The position numbers were made by a program, and so were the translations under genes. The notes under the pieces are model-generated. The model was not told the DNA's origin. It did not search any database and saw only the letters and a program-made list of their open reading frames with translations. A DNA stretch of 64,000 bases, from positions 1-64,000 of the forward strand of contig NIVC01003883.1 in NCBI GenBank assembly GCA_002269645.1, read 5' to 3'. Numbering within the stretch: position 1 is the first letter of the stretch; each line of letters begins with the position of its first letter. The stretch comes from Macrostomum lignano (Eukaryota). Below are positions 60,254 through 64,000 of the stretch, piece by piece.

Positions 60254-61105
60254 TTACTTTTCAAAGTCAGAGCCCTCGTCACGCAGCTTTTGCTGCACAG
60301 CCCGGAAGAATTGATCTCCGTCGCGCTCGGCAAACTTAAGCATGTCCTGCTGCGCCGCCTTGGCGAAGGCCGGATCCAGCTCCTTAAGCTCGCGGCCCGT
60401 CTGCATGGCCAGCAACTGGTACATGGCACAGCGCTCCAAGTAGTAGGAGTAGTGGAAGGCCATGGCCGCGGTTTCCGCTAGCACCAGGTAGCCGTGGTTG
60501 GCCATCATCAGGCAGGTCTTGTCAGGTGCCAGGCAGGAAGCCAGCCGAGCGCCCTCTGAGTCCTGGACGGAGACGCCGCTGTAGTCCAGATCGTAGGCAA
60601 TGCTGTTGAGAAAGTACAGGCAGTTCTGGTGCACCATGCGCAGTCGGGAGTCCTGCAGGCAGCTGAGGGCGGTGGCGTACGGACTGTGCAGGTGGAAGAC
60701 CGCCTTGGCCTCGGGCCGGGCCTCGTGCAGCGGTCGGTGGATTGTGGCCGCGGACGTCTCGGCGCGACCGTTGCCCTCCACTACCCGACCTGCAGCGTCG
60801 AGGCCGACCAGGTCGGAGGCACGCACGCGGGACCAGTGCAGGCCGTAGGGCACCAGCAGCATCAGCTCGGCTCCGGAGCCGTCAGCCGATGGCGTCATCA
60901 GGCTGAGATGGTTGCAGATGCCCTCGTTGTAGCCCAGCTGGTCCAGGGCCCTGTAGGCTGCCGCCAGGTCCACCCGGGCCTGCCAGTTCTGCTGAGCCGC
61001 TGTTGTGGCACCCCGGTTCCCGCTGAGCTGGCGGATGCCGAAGGCCACCGGCTGCAGCAGCAGGCGGCACCGCGTCCAGCCATTGCGTACTGCTACAGTC
61101 AACAT
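60254..61105 (-). CDS. Class II aldolase/adducin-head family protein, intronless, 283 aa
   Basis: ARVDLAAAYRALDQLGYNEGICNHLSL, VPYGLHWSRVRASDLV, IHRPLHEARPEAKAVFHLHSPYATALS and MANHG motifs (HxH...H metal ligands). Arg-rich, acid-free N-terminal extension. Confidence 0.92.
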   Translation of the reverse strand: MLTVAVRNGWTRCRLLLQPVAFGIRQLSGNRGATTAAQQNWQARVDLAAAYRALDQLGYNEGICNHLSLMTPSADGSGAELMLLVPYGLHWSRVRASDLVGLDAAGRVVEGNGRAETSAATIHRPLHEARPEAKAVFHLHSPYATALSCLQDSRLRMVHQNCLYFLNSIAYDLDYSGVSVQDSEGARLASCLAPDKTCLMMANHGYLVLAETAAMAFHYSYYLERCAMYQLLAMQTGRELKELDPAFAKAAQQDMLKFAERDGDQFFRAVQQKLRDEGSDFEK

Positions 61106-64000
61106 TTTTCACTCGGCTTAGTATTTAACAGTCTGTCTCACCTCGGCCTAGAAAAGCTTTAATGGCATTTGTTCTTCTCTTTATCTGGGTAGCAAGATAA
61201 GTGTACACTGCTTTGTACACCCTCCGTGCAGAGATATGACACTCTACGCTCGTACACTGTTGCGAGAATATGAAAATTAGCTAATAATCTTCAAGTATGT
61301 CTGTTTATGCACCTGGCTGAGCCTATATTGTGCCCTGCTGCAGCTACAACTCTTGCACCCCCATTAGCTGACCTGCCCTTCGCCACCACGATTCTGCTAT
61401 TCCAAGACAGTTATTTGTGCAAAGTACTTTAAAGAAAAATGATGCCTCGGGCTTAGCCAATGCTACACTGTCTGCAGTCAGCCACTGTGCAGGATGCAGG
61501 ACTACCCTTTCAAGTAAAAGCCGTTTTGGAGTCTTTATTGTAGTTTAAAGAAGCCAGAGAGCCAAAGGGCTTGAGATCCACTTATGAATTGCGCTGAAAA
61601 TTAAAGAGGACAGAAAGCAGCCGGTCGTGCTGGGCAGGAAGCTCTCAGTCCAAAGGCGATCCTTTTTAGAAAGTTCGGCACAAAGGGAGATCGGGATAGG
61701 GAAGGGGGCAGCGCGGGCGCCCTGCTGCAGCTCACTCGACCAGATCTATCGCTACGAGACAGCCGGTTGCTGTCTTATAAAAAATCTGGCAAGCAATTAT
61801 AGAGCGGCCATTCCGATGGAAGACACTGCAGTGAACCTGGTAGGCATGTTTGAGGCCATAAAGCTGGATGTGGGTGGCTATTATCTTTTTATTCCCATTT
61901 TCATTGATGGGAGAATATTGAATTCTGCATTCTCTAGGTGTTTTATTGATGCAGCATCCCAAAATAAACTCTGCCAAGCTTTGGTAGTGAAAAGTACAAA
62001 CAAGATCTTCTCAATGGAGAGAGGAGGCACGGGCAGAGCACAAGCAAATTTATGCTCTGCATGCCCTAGCACTCAGCCTAGCGGAGATTCGCTTACCTGA
62101 ACTATTATAATATCCGCTGCTGCAATACCTCCGCATGCCAAAGCTAGCATGCAGTGCTCAACAGCCCCGCTGCCGCTCATTAAGACAGAGTAGAAGCTGC
62201 TCTACTGAGCAACTGCAGGTCAGACGAACTCTGCCCAGCCGAGTCCCCGTGCCCCCCCCGCCCTGGCCCGAGCGGCCCAGCCAGCGGAGGAAAAGGCAGC
62301 GTCTTCCGTTTCGCGAGGCAATTTCCCGTTTTCACGCGTAATGCGAAGTGACACGCCTTCCCTCCTCTGTCGCGGGTGCGAGAGAGGGGCAGCTGAGACA
62401 GGCAGAGAAATAGGCCTCCACAGCGGCTGCAGCTGAGGGGTAGATGATGCTTGGATTCCAGAGCCTCTAGTCCGATGCAGCGAGTTAATCCGATTGTGTG
62501 TCATAAGTTGAGAGCAGGCATCACGGGATCTTGCTGAGCTCCCTCTCGAGTTGCAGCGCCTTCAAGTCGTGCAGAATTCTTATTAGTAGATTTCTTTTGA
62601 ATTCACAGTCAGTTATTTCGGCAAAAATACAAATTATAGCGCATGTCCCTCTTGAGCGAAGCCGTTGCCTTGTTTGAGTCCGAGGCTATGAGCAGGGGGT
62701 GTCGGGTTGCTCTCGTGTTGAAGTGGCTCGCAGCTCCAGCCGGAATTCACGCCGGGAGAAAATTTTGAAGCCGCTGTGCTGCACTTTCTCTCAACCAACG
62801 AGTCCAGAGACTCGTGAGGGGCTCAGAAATTCTCATCAGCTTTTCTGTCCCCTGAAGTTCCGCCCCATCCCCTGTGTCCCTGGGGTGAGGCCGCCGGATT
62901 AAGCTGAAATCGGGAGCAGATTAGTGACAACTTCGCCCGGGGCGGGCCGCCAGCCTCAAAGCAAATTGGGATTAACTTCATCGCGAACGCCGCTCAGGAC
63001 TGCGTGATGAAGATGCAAACTTTTATAACTCGCAGGGCTGGCTAAGCATGCGGCTGACTCCATCTCGGAGCAAATTACGCCCACATCGACTCAAGGATTT
63101 TTTTAGTGTAGGAGAGGTGAGAGACGGAGGAGCTCTCTGAAGGCTCTCAGCTTTGAAATGAGTTCTCATGTTCAAAAACGCTTTCTCAATGCATGGGCGG
63201 GCAGAGCAATTTTTCGTTCCTAGAGTAGCTGCTGGGATCGGAATCTCTGGAGAATCTCCCGCCTAAGACTGATGGGACTTTTAAAGCTGCCCCAACGTGA
63301 TGGCCGAGCGCGGGCTAATTTACCGATCTCTGCTCTTGCATGATCTGCGGCTCCCGCGCAGCTCGAGAGTTTGAGAAGACAGACAGACAGAAACTAGGAG
63401 AAAGTGGAAGAGGCACAGGCAGCTTCTTGGGGAGGGCAAGCGACCTATTACTAGAGACCGTCACTCCAGCGCGCTGCCGGTGTTCCCGCAGTGGTCCGCT
63501 AGTCTGGGACTTCGGAGGGGGGAGGCAGCTCGCGTGTCGCCTTGAGGCAGGCTGGGATAGATGAACAGGGAGTGGGCTGCATGCTGCCACTCCCACTTGC
63601 CTCTGAGTCTCCCGGCAGGCCTCAAATTCAAAGTTGGGTGCGCTGGCCCGGGAGAGGGCTGAGGTTTCTCCGGAGCAGCAGGGCAGGCGGCCAAAGAGAT
63701 TCCTGAGGGAGGGGGGAATCGCAGCAGCCTTCGCGACTCTTCCGCCGCCCCACCCGGGCTGGCAAACAGAGTGAAAGTACGAGCAGCGCTAGGCCCCCTT
63801 CGCTGCCATTCGACTCCGTATGGCACGGCGGGCTTCAATATTAATTTCATGCCACGGGTCATGCAGCTCTCCTTATGACTGTCGGTGCTTCATTTTCTTC
63901 TGCTCGGTGCTCGGTCCGCATGAGCCTGGCTCTGCTGAAAGTCATCGGTCTCGATTAATCCTTGATGTAGAAGCGCGCTATGAGCTTGTGGCCAAAGCCT

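Noticed and set aside
61600-64000. Several short GC-rich ORFs at the right end of the window
   Set aside because: No recognisable domain or consistent exon chain; may be decayed repeats or part of a gene extending beyond the window.

Overview
Animal genomic DNA: AT-rich intergenic sequence, GC3-rich exons and short GT-AG introns. The style fits an invertebrate such as a free-living flatworm, but the species cannot be determined from the sequence. About 41% of the window is one 26.2-kb satellite of 20-bp units (13381-39612), with a variant grammar and higher-order structure. At least six other minisatellites are present (units of 14, 15, 18, 36, 39 and 57 bp). Four genes could be reconstructed by hand. 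(1) A 3-exon ankyrin-repeat/STE-like kinase fusion (9486-12730, +, 880 aa) whose first intron is a tandem array of its own 5' splice site. (2) A secreted signal peptide + PAN/Apple + ALK/LTK-type glycine-rich protein (43059-44908, -). (3) Glutaredoxin-3/PICOT (58196-59306, +). (4) An intronless class II aldolase/adducin-head protein with a mitochondrial-type presequence (60254-61105, -). There is also a frameshifted HOIP/RNF31-like B-box+NZF fragment (57005-57558). Mobile elements: a very young full-length Ty3/Gypsy element (48146-52876) with identical LTRs, a TSD, a -1 frameshift signal and one nonsense codon; an old Gypsy integrase/LTR relic; a Penelope-like RT+GIY-YIG relic; a tRNA-derived SINE with a 13-bp TSD; and small MITE-like elements. 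No rRNA gene, intact tRNA gene or CRISPR array is supported. All comparisons were made by eye, with no database search.
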